Shown here: positions 56,597 through 64,000 of the stretch, one piece after another | Numbering within the stretch: position 1 is the stretch's first letter | How the letters are laid out: each line of letters begins with the position of its first letter | Assembly: GCA_030425045.1 (NCBI GenBank) | Contig: JAUHVL010000006.1 | Coordinates: 68,677 to 132,676, forward strand | Reading direction: 5' to 3' | From: a bacterium | GTDB taxonomy: Bacteria > Bdellovibrionota > Bacteriovoracia > Bacteriovoracales > Bacteriovoracaceae | DNA: 64,000 bases | Position numbers and translations under genes: made by a program | The notes under the pieces: model-generated | What the model was told of the DNA's origin: nothing | What the model saw: the letters and a program-made list of their open reading frames with translations, nothing else | The model's database searches: none

Positions 56597-57565
56597 CTAC
56601 GAATCAATGACATTTTCTTTTAGTTTATAAAAGAGATCTACCCATTCTACATCTTCATCAAGAATCTCTTCAGTATCTTCTAAAATGGCCATATGAATAG
56701 CACCATCTCGAATTTCTAACAAGTTAACACCTTTAGGAAAATGATGACCATAAGAATACTGTCTAATATTTTCAGTGATGAGAAAACACTCTTTACTAAA
56801 ATAAGTGGCCAGTCTTGCCACCCAACTGTTTGTCGTCACAACAATCTTACTTGCCTTAATTAAATCAAACGCCTCTTCTGGCAAAGACATTGTTATGGGA
56901 ACCATTTCATGAAGAAGCTCTTTTGATTTTTCTAAAAACTCATGTCCCTCTTCACCAACTTTATAGAGAACCATAGTCATTGGCATTTTTTCAAAGTGCT
57001 CGAAAGAATCCATCCAAAAATCAAAGTACTTATCTTCTTTATTTATATTATCAATGAAAAATAAGACCTGGGTAACATCAACACACTTATTTACAAACTG
57101 ATCTTTATTAAAAAGTTTAAACTCAGTTGTATCTTCTTTAAGAAATTTACCTAAGAGTTTTACATAGTAAGCATCTTGGCCAGGGCGACCAATTTCTTGA
57201 TATTCATTATTTAATAAATATTTAGACCACCAAGATTTTCGTTCTCCAATCCTTTCTGCAGAAGCAAAGGTTTTTCCAGTCCACTGAGAAAGAAACTCAC
57301 CTCTTAAATCAAAAAAATGAGTAATATTAAAAACATCGTGTAAATTTTTACTAAACTTGTGAATCCCCATAAAGGAGTAACTATCATCGGGGATATCCCA
57401 AATTTTTATTTGATAAGGCAATGCTTGATACAGCCTCGCCGTTTCACCTTGTTGAATAATATTAATTTCATCTGGATTTAGTTTTTCATCAATAAGGTGA
57501 ATTAGTGGAAAACTTGATACAACTTCGTCTTCTTCTTTTGGTGAAAAAATTAAAACTTTATTCAC
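56597..57565 (-). CDS. Hypothetical protein, possibly glycosyltransferase family 9 (heptosyltransferase-fold)-like
   Basis: N-terminal MNKVLIFSPKEEDEVVSSFPLIHLIDEKL.. and C-terminal SLPEEAFDLIKASKIVVTTNSWVARLATYFSKECFLI loosely parallel the GT9 layout (kiLvir..lGDvv...P; sl.el..li..a.l.itnDsG.mHlAaa.g.p.v.lf). Weak call. Confidence 0.35.
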   Translation of the reverse strand: MNKVLIFSPKEEDEVVSSFPLIHLIDEKLNPDEINIIQQGETARLYQALPYQIKIWDIPDDSYSFMGIHKFSKNLHDVFNITHFFDLRGEFLSQWTGKTFASAERIGERKSWWSKYLLNNEYQEIGRPGQDAYYVKLLGKFLKEDTTEFKLFNKDQFVNKCVDVTQVLFFIDNINKEDKYFDFWMDSFEHFEKMPMTMVLYKVGEEGHEFLEKSKELLHEMVPITMSLPEEAFDLIKASKIVVTTNSWVARLATYFSKECFLITENIRQYSYGHHFPKGVNLLEIRDGAIHMAILEDTEEILDEDVEWVDLFYKLKENVIDS

Positions 57566-58295
57566 TGATCAACCTTTTATTTTGATGAAATAAAATGGTG
57601 AAAAAGATTGCCCCAAAAGGAAGAATAAGAATATTCACAAGAGGTACACTCACGAGTAACAAGAAAGCAGCTCCACAAATGGTATAAATAAAGAGGTTTC
57701 CTTTAATATGAGAAACACAATCTTTCACCCCCATATTATGCCTCGACCAACTATAATCTAAAAAACTTGCCGCCATAAGATGAGAAGACAGAACGGCTCC
57801 GACAGGAGCAAAAAGTGGAAAAGCACTCAGGACAAGTGCAATAAGAGAGACAATAATAATAAGAAGCACTTTTTTAACTTCAGTTAATATTGTCCTCACA
57901 AAGTTTTTCAGCATTACACTTATCGAGTCATTAATACTTTCTGGATTTTGCCCTGAGATGACCCTTTCAGTTCGCGAAGAAATTAAATCATTAAACGGAC
58001 TGGCGATAATAGAAACGATCAAAAAGAAAAACCAATTCACGAGGAGAAAAAAGACGGCCGTTAAAAAACCCGCTATTAACCAATAAAAGAATGTACTCCA
58101 ACCTGAGCTCGTTAAATAACCTTCTATTTGTTCTTTTCCATATGTCAGGAGATTTCCAAATACAAGATTACCTAAAAAATAAAACATGATGAGAGAGATA
58201 ATCGGGGGCAAACTACCAAAAACTAAAATCCAGGGATCTTTTTTTAAAACTTCTTTTACTTTTACTAATGCTTGAAACATTTTATTTTTCCTCAA
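57558..58295 (-). CDS. EI24/CysZ-family membrane protein
   Basis: Multi-TM protein. VNWFFFLIVSIIASPFNDLISSRTERVISG resembles the EI24 family block (...aPf.d.lse.ve). Confidence 0.55.
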   Translation of the reverse strand: MRKNKMFQALVKVKEVLKKDPWILVFGSLPPIISLIMFYFLGNLVFGNLLTYGKEQIEGYLTSSGWSTFFYWLIAGFLTAVFFLLVNWFFFLIVSIIASPFNDLISSRTERVISGQNPESINDSISVMLKNFVRTILTEVKKVLLIIIVSLIALVLSAFPLFAPVGAVLSSHLMAASFLDYSWSRHNMGVKDCVSHIKGNLFIYTICGAAFLLLVSVPLVNILILPFGAIFFTILFHQNKRLISE

Positions 58296-58686
58296 AAATG
58301 GCCAGAGGCTCAGGGAATTTAAATTTTTCTAATTTTGAGAAATCTTCTAGCTTTGGCTCTTTAGGTATTTTAGAAACTAGATTGGTAAAGGTCGACCAGG
58401 ATAATTTTTCATTAAGAAATTTCGTATCTAAATGCGCTGCCTCGCACCGTAATATTTTCTCCCGACCTTTATTAAGCATACCCTTAGCACCAGCGAGATT
58501 ACCGTTTTGGAAATGAAACAACGCAGTGCCTACTTGAATAATGGCCCAAATCACATCTCGATAGGGATCTCCCAACATTTCCATCCAAGGATCTTCCAGT
58601 GTTTCGTGGCATTCCCAGAAGTGCTGATCATTGTACTCGTTAATTCCTCTTACAATGCTATCCTTATATTCTGCTTCAAAAACCAC
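58282..58686 (-). CDS. DUF309-family protein
   Basis: GINEYNDQHFWECHETLEDPW...AIIQVGTALFHFQNGNLAGAKGML matches the DUF309 pattern (g..lFN.g.yweaHE.lE..W...lqgLIq.A.al.H...gN..GA). Confidence 0.6.
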   Translation of the reverse strand: MVFEAEYKDSIVRGINEYNDQHFWECHETLEDPWMEMLGDPYRDVIWAIIQVGTALFHFQNGNLAGAKGMLNKGREKILRCEAAHLDTKFLNEKLSWSTFTNLVSKIPKEPKLEDFSKLEKFKFPEPLAIFEEK

Positions 58687-58749
58687 CAGTCATTCCTTAT
58701 TAAATATGCTAGAAGTAAGTATACCGATGTTCACAAATAAGAGTAAGGC

Positions 58750-59883
58750 ATGAAGGGTAAACCACAAGAAATCAGTAATAATTTAGTACCAAGTTATATT
58801 AGAGAACTTCAAGTTTATCAGGCAGGAAAACCGATTGATGAGCTTATTAGAGAAAAAAATCTCAGCAAAGTTTCGAAGCTTGCGAGCAATGAAAATCCTT
58901 GGGGTCCCTCACCTCTTGCCATTAAAGAAATGACAAAATCGCTTTGGGATCTCCATCGTTATCCTGATATGCATGCCTACAAATTAAAAACAAAACTCGC
59001 TGAAATCTACAATTTAAAAAGAGAGAATATCGCTTTAGGAAATGGAAGCGAAGGTATCATGGCCTATATCGCACGGGCCTTTTTAAATGAAGGTAGTGAA
59101 GTTTTAACTTCAGAGAATACTTTTATTGGCTTTTATATTATTGCTCGCTCAATTGGAGCAAACCTAAAACTTGTACCCCAAACTAAAGAGTATAAATACG
59201 ATATCGAAGCGATGGCCAAGGCGATCTCACCTGAAACGAAACTCATCTATATTGCAAACCCTAACAACCCAACCGGAACCTATATCACAAAAAAAGAATT
59301 TGATTATCTTATGGACCATGTTTCTGATCATACTCTTGTGATTTTAGATGAAGCCTATTTTGAGTTTGCCAAGCCTTGTCCAGACTATCCTGATTCAATG
59401 GATTACCGCTATGACAATGTCATCACTTTAAGAACTTTCTCTAAAGCATATGGACTTGGTGGAATAAGAGTTGGATATGGTTTTGGTCACGAAGATTTAA
59501 TAGCCAACCTAAATAAAGTAAAACTTCCCTTTGAGCCAAACTCAGCTGCACAAAATGGAGCTTGGGGTGCTCTTGAAGATCAACCTCATCTTGAAAGAAC
59601 AATTCGACTAACCCTCGATTACCGAGAAGAGTGTGAGCAATACTTAAAAGAAAGAGGCTTTAATCCCATCTCCTCGGTAACTAACTTTTTAACATTTCAA
59701 ACTGGTAGTGAAGAAAAAAGTAATCGCTTATATCAACTTCTTCTAGACGAAGGTGTCATCATTCGCCCCCTAAAAGCAAATGAAATGCCTGACTACGTTC
59801 GCGTTTCAATTGGAACAGAAGAAGAAATGACACATTTTTATCAAGCGATGGACAAAATTCTTCCAGAATATAAAAAACTTTAA
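58750..59883 (+). CDS. hisC: Histidinol-phosphate/aromatic aminotransferase (class II, HisC family)
   Basis: LASNENPWGPSP, IANPNNPTG, LDEAYFEF, and the PLP-Lys block TFSKAYGLGGIRVGY. Confidence 0.85.
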   Translation: MKGKPQEISNNLVPSYIRELQVYQAGKPIDELIREKNLSKVSKLASNENPWGPSPLAIKEMTKSLWDLHRYPDMHAYKLKTKLAEIYNLKRENIALGNGSEGIMAYIARAFLNEGSEVLTSENTFIGFYIIARSIGANLKLVPQTKEYKYDIEAMAKAISPETKLIYIANPNNPTGTYITKKEFDYLMDHVSDHTLVILDEAYFEFAKPCPDYPDSMDYRYDNVITLRTFSKAYGLGGIRVGYGFGHEDLIANLNKVKLPFEPNSAAQNGAWGALEDQPHLERTIRLTLDYREECEQYLKERGFNPISSVTNFLTFQTGSEEKSNRLYQLLLDEGVIIRPLKANEMPDYVRVSIGTEEEMTHFYQAMDKILPEYKKL

Positions 59884-59893
59884 AGGAGTTTTC

Positions 59894-60979
59894 ATGGAAA
59901 GCTTTCATGCAAGTGGCACATACTCAAAACAAGCACATGTTAAAATCCCTGATGGTCTTTACGAAGAAGAACATGGTAGGAATGGCTTCTTTGGTCGTGT
60001 CAGCCAGCTCTATCATGAAAACCCAACTGTAAACTGGACCAATATCGAAGGTGACCTCAAACCGCAGTGTCTTCCACCAGTTTATGAGACATGTGGAGAG
60101 AATCAATTTGTTCCCATGTTACAAAATAGCGATGTTGTTATAAATGCAGGATTGTTTACGAAGAGTCCTGAATATTTTTACCGTAGTGCTGACTATGATG
60201 AATTATTTTTTATTCATGACGGAAGTGGAAAAATTGAGACTGTTTATGGCCATCTCGATTATAAAAAAGGCGACTATATCGTAATCCCAAGAGGTACCAC
60301 TTATAAAATCTTCCTAAATGAAAGAACAAAGTTTTTAAAAGTTGAATCAAGTAGTGAATTTGAACAACCAGATAGAGGTATGCTTGGACCAAATGCTCTC
60401 TATGATCAAACGTTATTAGAAATTCCTAAAGCAGAACTAGGTAGTGAGCAAAACTTAAAAGAGTATAAAGTACAAATCAAACGGTTGGGAAAAATTACAA
60501 CAGTAACTTACCCCTTTAATCCGCTCGATGTAAAAGGCTGGAAAGGTAGCGTCTACCCGTGGAAACTTTCTATTTATGACATCGCTCCTATTATGAGTCA
60601 TCGATACCATATACCACCGTCTGGACATACAACTTTTGTCGCTAAGAATTTTGTGATTTGTAGTTTTGTTGAAAGACCTCTTGAAGATACTAAACATGGA
60701 GTTTTAAAAGTTCCTTTTTATCATTCAAATATCGATTTCGATGAAGTCTTATTTTATCACCAGGGTAATTTCTTTAGTCGTGACAATATCGATGCCGGTG
60801 CACTAACTTTTCACCCCCAAGGAATTCATCATGGGCCACATCCTAAAGCATTTGAAGCTGCTGATGACAAAGAATACACTGATGAATATGCCGTAATGAT
60901 TGACACCAAGAACCCTCTTATTCCAACGGAATGGTTTAATGAAAATGAAATTAAAGACTATTGGAAAAGTTGGATGTAG
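59894..60979 (+). CDS. Homogentisate 1,2-dioxygenase family protein (short form)
   Basis: IPDGLYEEEHGRNGFFGRVSQLYHENP parallels yGLYaEqlsGtaF...lYri.P. PFYHSNIDFDEVLFY...FHPQGIHHGPHP parallels the YHrN..sE and H...PHGP metal-site blocks. RBS AAAGGAG. Confidence 0.65.
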   Translation: MESFHASGTYSKQAHVKIPDGLYEEEHGRNGFFGRVSQLYHENPTVNWTNIEGDLKPQCLPPVYETCGENQFVPMLQNSDVVINAGLFTKSPEYFYRSADYDELFFIHDGSGKIETVYGHLDYKKGDYIVIPRGTTYKIFLNERTKFLKVESSSEFEQPDRGMLGPNALYDQTLLEIPKAELGSEQNLKEYKVQIKRLGKITTVTYPFNPLDVKGWKGSVYPWKLSIYDIAPIMSHRYHIPPSGHTTFVAKNFVICSFVERPLEDTKHGVLKVPFYHSNIDFDEVLFYHQGNFFSRDNIDAGALTFHPQGIHHGPHPKAFEAADDKEYTDEYAVMIDTKNPLIPTEWFNENEIKDYWKSWM

Positions 60980-61952
60980 TTTTCTACTTTTCCTAAATTT
61001 TACCTACGCTCAATTATTTAAACCACAACAAGAGGTTGTTGATCTCCATATCAATCTTAGATGTTATGGATTTCAATCAGAGTGCTATAGTAAAGATAAT
61101 TATTGGTATGAATACTTCTCACCTATAAAAAAAGCTCAATTAAAAAAAGATGGTGACCAAGCGATCTTTAATTTTTATGAAAACGAATTAGCAAAAGCAA
61201 AATGGGTTAATAAAGTTGTCTTACTTGCTTTTGATCAAGTTTATGACAAGAATGGTAACACCCTAAAGGATAAGTCTGAATACTACACACCAAATCGTTT
61301 TATACATATGCACACAAAAGGCTCCACAAGTTTGCTGTTTGGAGCAAGTGTCCATCCCTATCGAGCAGATCTTTTTAATACAATCGATCAATATGCCCCT
61401 CACGCCAATCTCTTTTATCTAAACCCATCGAAACAACATTTTGACTTAAACTCTGCTCAAGTCGAATTACTTGCAAAAAAACTTAGTGTTGCTGGTGTTC
61501 CACTCATGATTGATCTAAGTGATCCCACAAATTATAATATTGAAAGAATTTTAAAAACTGGTGTTACCACAATTCTTTCAGGTAAATGGATGAAAGGGGA
61601 CGGTACAAGTCTTGATAAATTTAAATACTTAACATCTCTTCACAAAACATACTCAAATCTCTTTGCTTCAATTGATTCATTACCACTATTTGGTACGTGG
61701 ATCGATTACTTTTCTATGGTTATTTTCACTGAAGATTGGGAAGGTAAACTAGTCTATGGAAGTGGCCATCCCTTTGATCACCCCAAATTATATTCTAGCT
61801 GGCTTTATCCCAAACTTTGGGGAACCCCCTTTGTTGAAGCTTTAAACCATGTTAAAGATAATAGACTCGACTATGCTCTCTTGTTTAAAAGAGCTTCTGA
61901 TACTCGATACGAAACACTGTACCGCAGCGGTGAAATCATAAGAAAAAAGTAG
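60939..61952 (+). CDS. Secreted amidohydrolase-fold-like protein with apparently substituted metal ligands
   Basis: I prefer ATG 60939 (MKMKLKTIGKVGCSFLLFLNFTYA) over the track TTG 60900. VVDLHINL, FGASVHPYRAD, GVPLMIDLSD, TTILSGKW and LVYGSGHPFD line up with amidohydrolase_2 blocks (iDsHvH, asv.P, g.pv.iH, ii.aH.G, ilfGSDyP), but several His/Asp residues are replaced. Confidence 0.4.
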   Translation: MKMKLKTIGKVGCSFLLFLNFTYAQLFKPQQEVVDLHINLRCYGFQSECYSKDNYWYEYFSPIKKAQLKKDGDQAIFNFYENELAKAKWVNKVVLLAFDQVYDKNGNTLKDKSEYYTPNRFIHMHTKGSTSLLFGASVHPYRADLFNTIDQYAPHANLFYLNPSKQHFDLNSAQVELLAKKLSVAGVPLMIDLSDPTNYNIERILKTGVTTILSGKWMKGDGTSLDKFKYLTSLHKTYSNLFASIDSLPLFGTWIDYFSMVIFTEDWEGKLVYGSGHPFDHPKLYSSWLYPKLWGTPFVEALNHVKDNRLDYALLFKRASDTRYETLYRSGEIIRKK

Positions 61953-62660
61953 CTAGGAAAAACGTTTTTTTATCCAAATACGAAACGTCACAGGGAACAA
62001 AGAAAGAATATTTGTTATAAAAACCATTTCTTTTGGAAACATATATGTCTCTCTGTTTTCAGAAAGGGCATTCAAAATTTCACTAACAGCTTTTTCAACA
62101 GAAATAACAAATGGCTTTTCACTGATATCACCATCATTAAGCTCTCTCAATTTTTGAGTATCAACATATCCAGGCAACATTGTATGAACGCTAATATCAT
62201 GATTTTTTAATCCTCTTCGATACGTTTCAGCAGTATATAAAACTGCGGCTTTAGACTCTGCATACATAGAGGTATTGTGTTTCGCCGCAACAGAAGCAAT
62301 GGCGACAAGTTTTCCTTCGCTCATATTTTCTAGCGCACTATCAAATGAGTGAATTAAGCCAAGAATATTTGTATTCACAGTATCTCTGACCTGATCGACA
62401 GAGAGGTTTGTTTTCTCAGAGTCAAAGTAAACAGCGGCACAATAAAAAAGCAAATCTAACTTCCCCTCTGAAAAATTTTTTACAGCTGAAAATATTTCTT
62501 CTTTATTTTTTACATCTACTTCAAACTTTTCAACTTTTTCTAATTTTGATTTTGAGAGGTCTCGGCCACAGACGGCCACACGACAACCTTGGTTTAAATA
62601 ATAGCGCGCAAGCTCTTCCCCTATTCCACTTGTGCCGCCTACTATAAAAACTTTTTTCAT
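61953..62660 (-). CDS. Short-chain dehydrogenase/reductase (SDR)
   Basis: VFIVGGTSGIGEELA (TGxxxGxG), NILG, and catalytic YAESKAA (YxxxK). Confidence 0.85.
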   Translation of the reverse strand: MKKVFIVGGTSGIGEELARYYLNQGCRVAVCGRDLSKSKLEKVEKFEVDVKNKEEIFSAVKNFSEGKLDLLFYCAAVYFDSEKTNLSVDQVRDTVNTNILGLIHSFDSALENMSEGKLVAIASVAAKHNTSMYAESKAAVLYTAETYRRGLKNHDISVHTMLPGYVDTQKLRELNDGDISEKPFVISVEKAVSEILNALSENRETYMFPKEMVFITNILSLFPVTFRIWIKKRFS

Positions 62661-62664
62661 ATGA

Positions 62665-64000
62665 TTACTGAAATGTCGTAAATAAAATACCTAGTGGTCT
62701 CAAAGAGTTTGTTAACTGAACAGTTCTCATAAGCTCATAGATATTATTATTATTAGCATCTGGAAATAATCCTCCAAATGTCACAGCATCATTTCTCCAA
62801 GCAATTGGTCTTCCGTAACCATAGTTCCAAACCCATTGCTTTTTACTATTGTAACCACCAAGATCGTTATCTATACGAATATCTCCAAAGTCTCCACTTG
62901 TTTGAAACTTTGTCGGTAGAAATTTTTTAAGATCATTATGAGCTTGAAAAGCGCTTTTGAGATTAACCTTAACAACTTCACCAGTCGCATCACTTACAAT
63001 TTCTACATTTCCTTTTTCGCTGGCAGAGTGATACATGCGATAACGATCTCTTAAACTATGAAACTTTCTTCTATGATTTATTAATAAGACGTTTGGATCA
63101 ACAACAAACTTACCACCACCAACAACAAAATACTCTTCTTCTAAAAACCCTTCAGCTTCCATAAATGACCAGTCACAGTTATATTCTTTTGGAATTGGCT
63201 GCCCACTCATGGCCATAGAGGTATACTTTATAGAGCAAACATATCCTTTCAAGTTATGTTCTGCCGCTAAGGCGAACATGCGATAAGACTCATCGACTCT
63301 AGATTTTGCTTCAGATGATACTGAGCTTCTTAAAGTACCAAAGCTGTCGAACTCCTTTATAACATCAGAAACTTCTTTCATTGTTAAGACGAAAGGGAGA
63401 CTCTTCACAACCTCTTGTCCTCTGATCAGTTGTCTTATTTTAAATCTGTCTTTAACGCTATTGATGGCAGACTTCTTCAACATCTTTTTAGAAATTTCTG
63501 AAAACTCATCTACATTATAAATTGAAACATAGTCGATATAACCGATACTAGCAGCTAGGCCAGAAATAACGAAACTCGTATGTGCCTTTATATATTCTTT
63601 TTTGGCTTCTTCTTGATCAAATAGAGTCTTTCCATTTTTTGTTCCAATTAGAATAGAGCGATCAAGCATAAAGTTATGATTAACAGCTTCTGCTTCTAGT
63701 GAACGTACTGCCATTGTTAAATATTTAGATAGAATAGGGCGAACTTTATTATAAGCGTAATCTTGAACCTCAGAAATTTTGTAAAACTGGGTTCTCCCCT
63801 CCACAGGATCTGTTAAGTACCTAAAAATCGCTTTTATATGAGACCCATAGGCAAACTCTAAATGGTAAAAAGCACGTAATCGCGATAAAGCTGCAACATG
63901 GACAATCTCTGTATCTTCAACAATTCCTCTTAACCTCCAAAGAACTCCCTTTAGTTCGGGAAGAAGCTCGGAAAAGAAGCCATAGAACTGAACTCCAACG
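62665..64000 (-). CDS. Large hypothetical protein, N-terminus off-window
   Basis: The track starts it at GTG 63804. My translation shows the frame stays open to position 64000 (...VGVQFYGFFSELLPELKGVLWRLRGIVEDTEIVHVAALSRLRAFYHLEFAYGSHIKAIFRYLTDPVEGRTQFYK...). No family recognised. Confidence 0.5.
   Translation of the reverse strand, partial: VGVQFYGFFSELLPELKGVLWRLRGIVEDTEIVHVAALSRLRAFYHLEFAYGSHIKAIFRYLTDPVEGRTQFYKISEVQDYAYNKVRPILSKYLTMAVRSLEAEAVNHNFMLDRSILIGTKNGKTLFDQEEAKKEYIKAHTSFVISGLAASIGYIDYVSIYNVDEFSEISKKMLKKSAINSVKDRFKIRQLIRGQEVVKSLPFVLTMKEVSDVIKEFDSFGTLRSSVSSEAKSRVDESYRMFALAAEHNLKGYVCSIKYTSMAMSGQPIPKEYNCDWSFMEAEGFLEEEYFVVGGGKFVVDPNVLLINHRRKFHSLRDRYRMYHSASEKGNVEIVSDATGEVVKVNLKSAFQAHNDLKKFLPTKFQTSGDFGDIRIDNDLGGYNSKKQWVWNYGYGRPIAWRNDAVTFGGLFPDANNNNIYELMRTVQLTNSLRPLGILFTTFQ

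Noticed and set aside
60900-60938. TTG-initiated extension of the last plus-strand ORF deep into the homogentisate-dioxygenase-family gene
   Set aside because: The in-frame ATG at 60939 begins a canonical signal peptide (MKMKLKTIGKVGCSFLLFLNFTYA). The extra 13 residues have no support.

Overview
Visibly AT-rich, gene-dense bacterial chromosomal segment with about 60 CDS on both strands and many 1-4 nt start/stop overlaps. I found no rRNA, tRNA, CRISPR array, transposase/integrase or prophage signature. Core housekeeping genes (groES-groEL, lepB, polA, trxA, gmhA, hisS, valS, hisC, an AddAB-type helicase-nuclease) are interleaved with many signal-peptide or lipoprotein ORFs and secreted hydrolase candidates. 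These include a matrixin-like metzincin, an S8 subtilase, three further HExxH proteins, a YkuD_2-type L,D-transpeptidase-like lipoprotein and a Cys/His hydrolase-like protein. With two HTH proteins of the TIGR02147/DUF4423 style, this suggests a Bdellovibrio-and-like predatory bacterium (inference only, not verifiable here). The most coherent multi-gene system is an Agl-Glt-type gliding/envelope machine. It consists of a TolQ/ExbB plus two TolR/ExbD motor genes (25044-26745) and a tightly coupled seven-gene operon on the minus strand (37488->28216). That operon reproduces the gltA/B-, gltC-like and gltD-E-F-G gene order known from Myxococcus, with an extra HExxH protein coupled to its end. The system class is already described, so I score it as interesting but not new. 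The best candidates for uncharacterised biology are: (i) a membrane-anchored HdrD/DsrMK-like Fe-S/CCG oxidoreductase in overlapping-gene linkage with three secreted proteins, one with 20 Cys (44047-49795); (ii) a near-consensus sigma-54 promoter with an upstream palindrome in front of a small secreted protein, a metzincin carrying a C-terminal sorting-like tail, and possibly three further genes; (iii) a compact AddAB in which both subunits carry the Cas4/AddB-type four-Cys signature; (iv) several new-looking Cys-pair repeat modules in secreted proteins. All functional calls rest on motif recognition by eye. No database search was possible.
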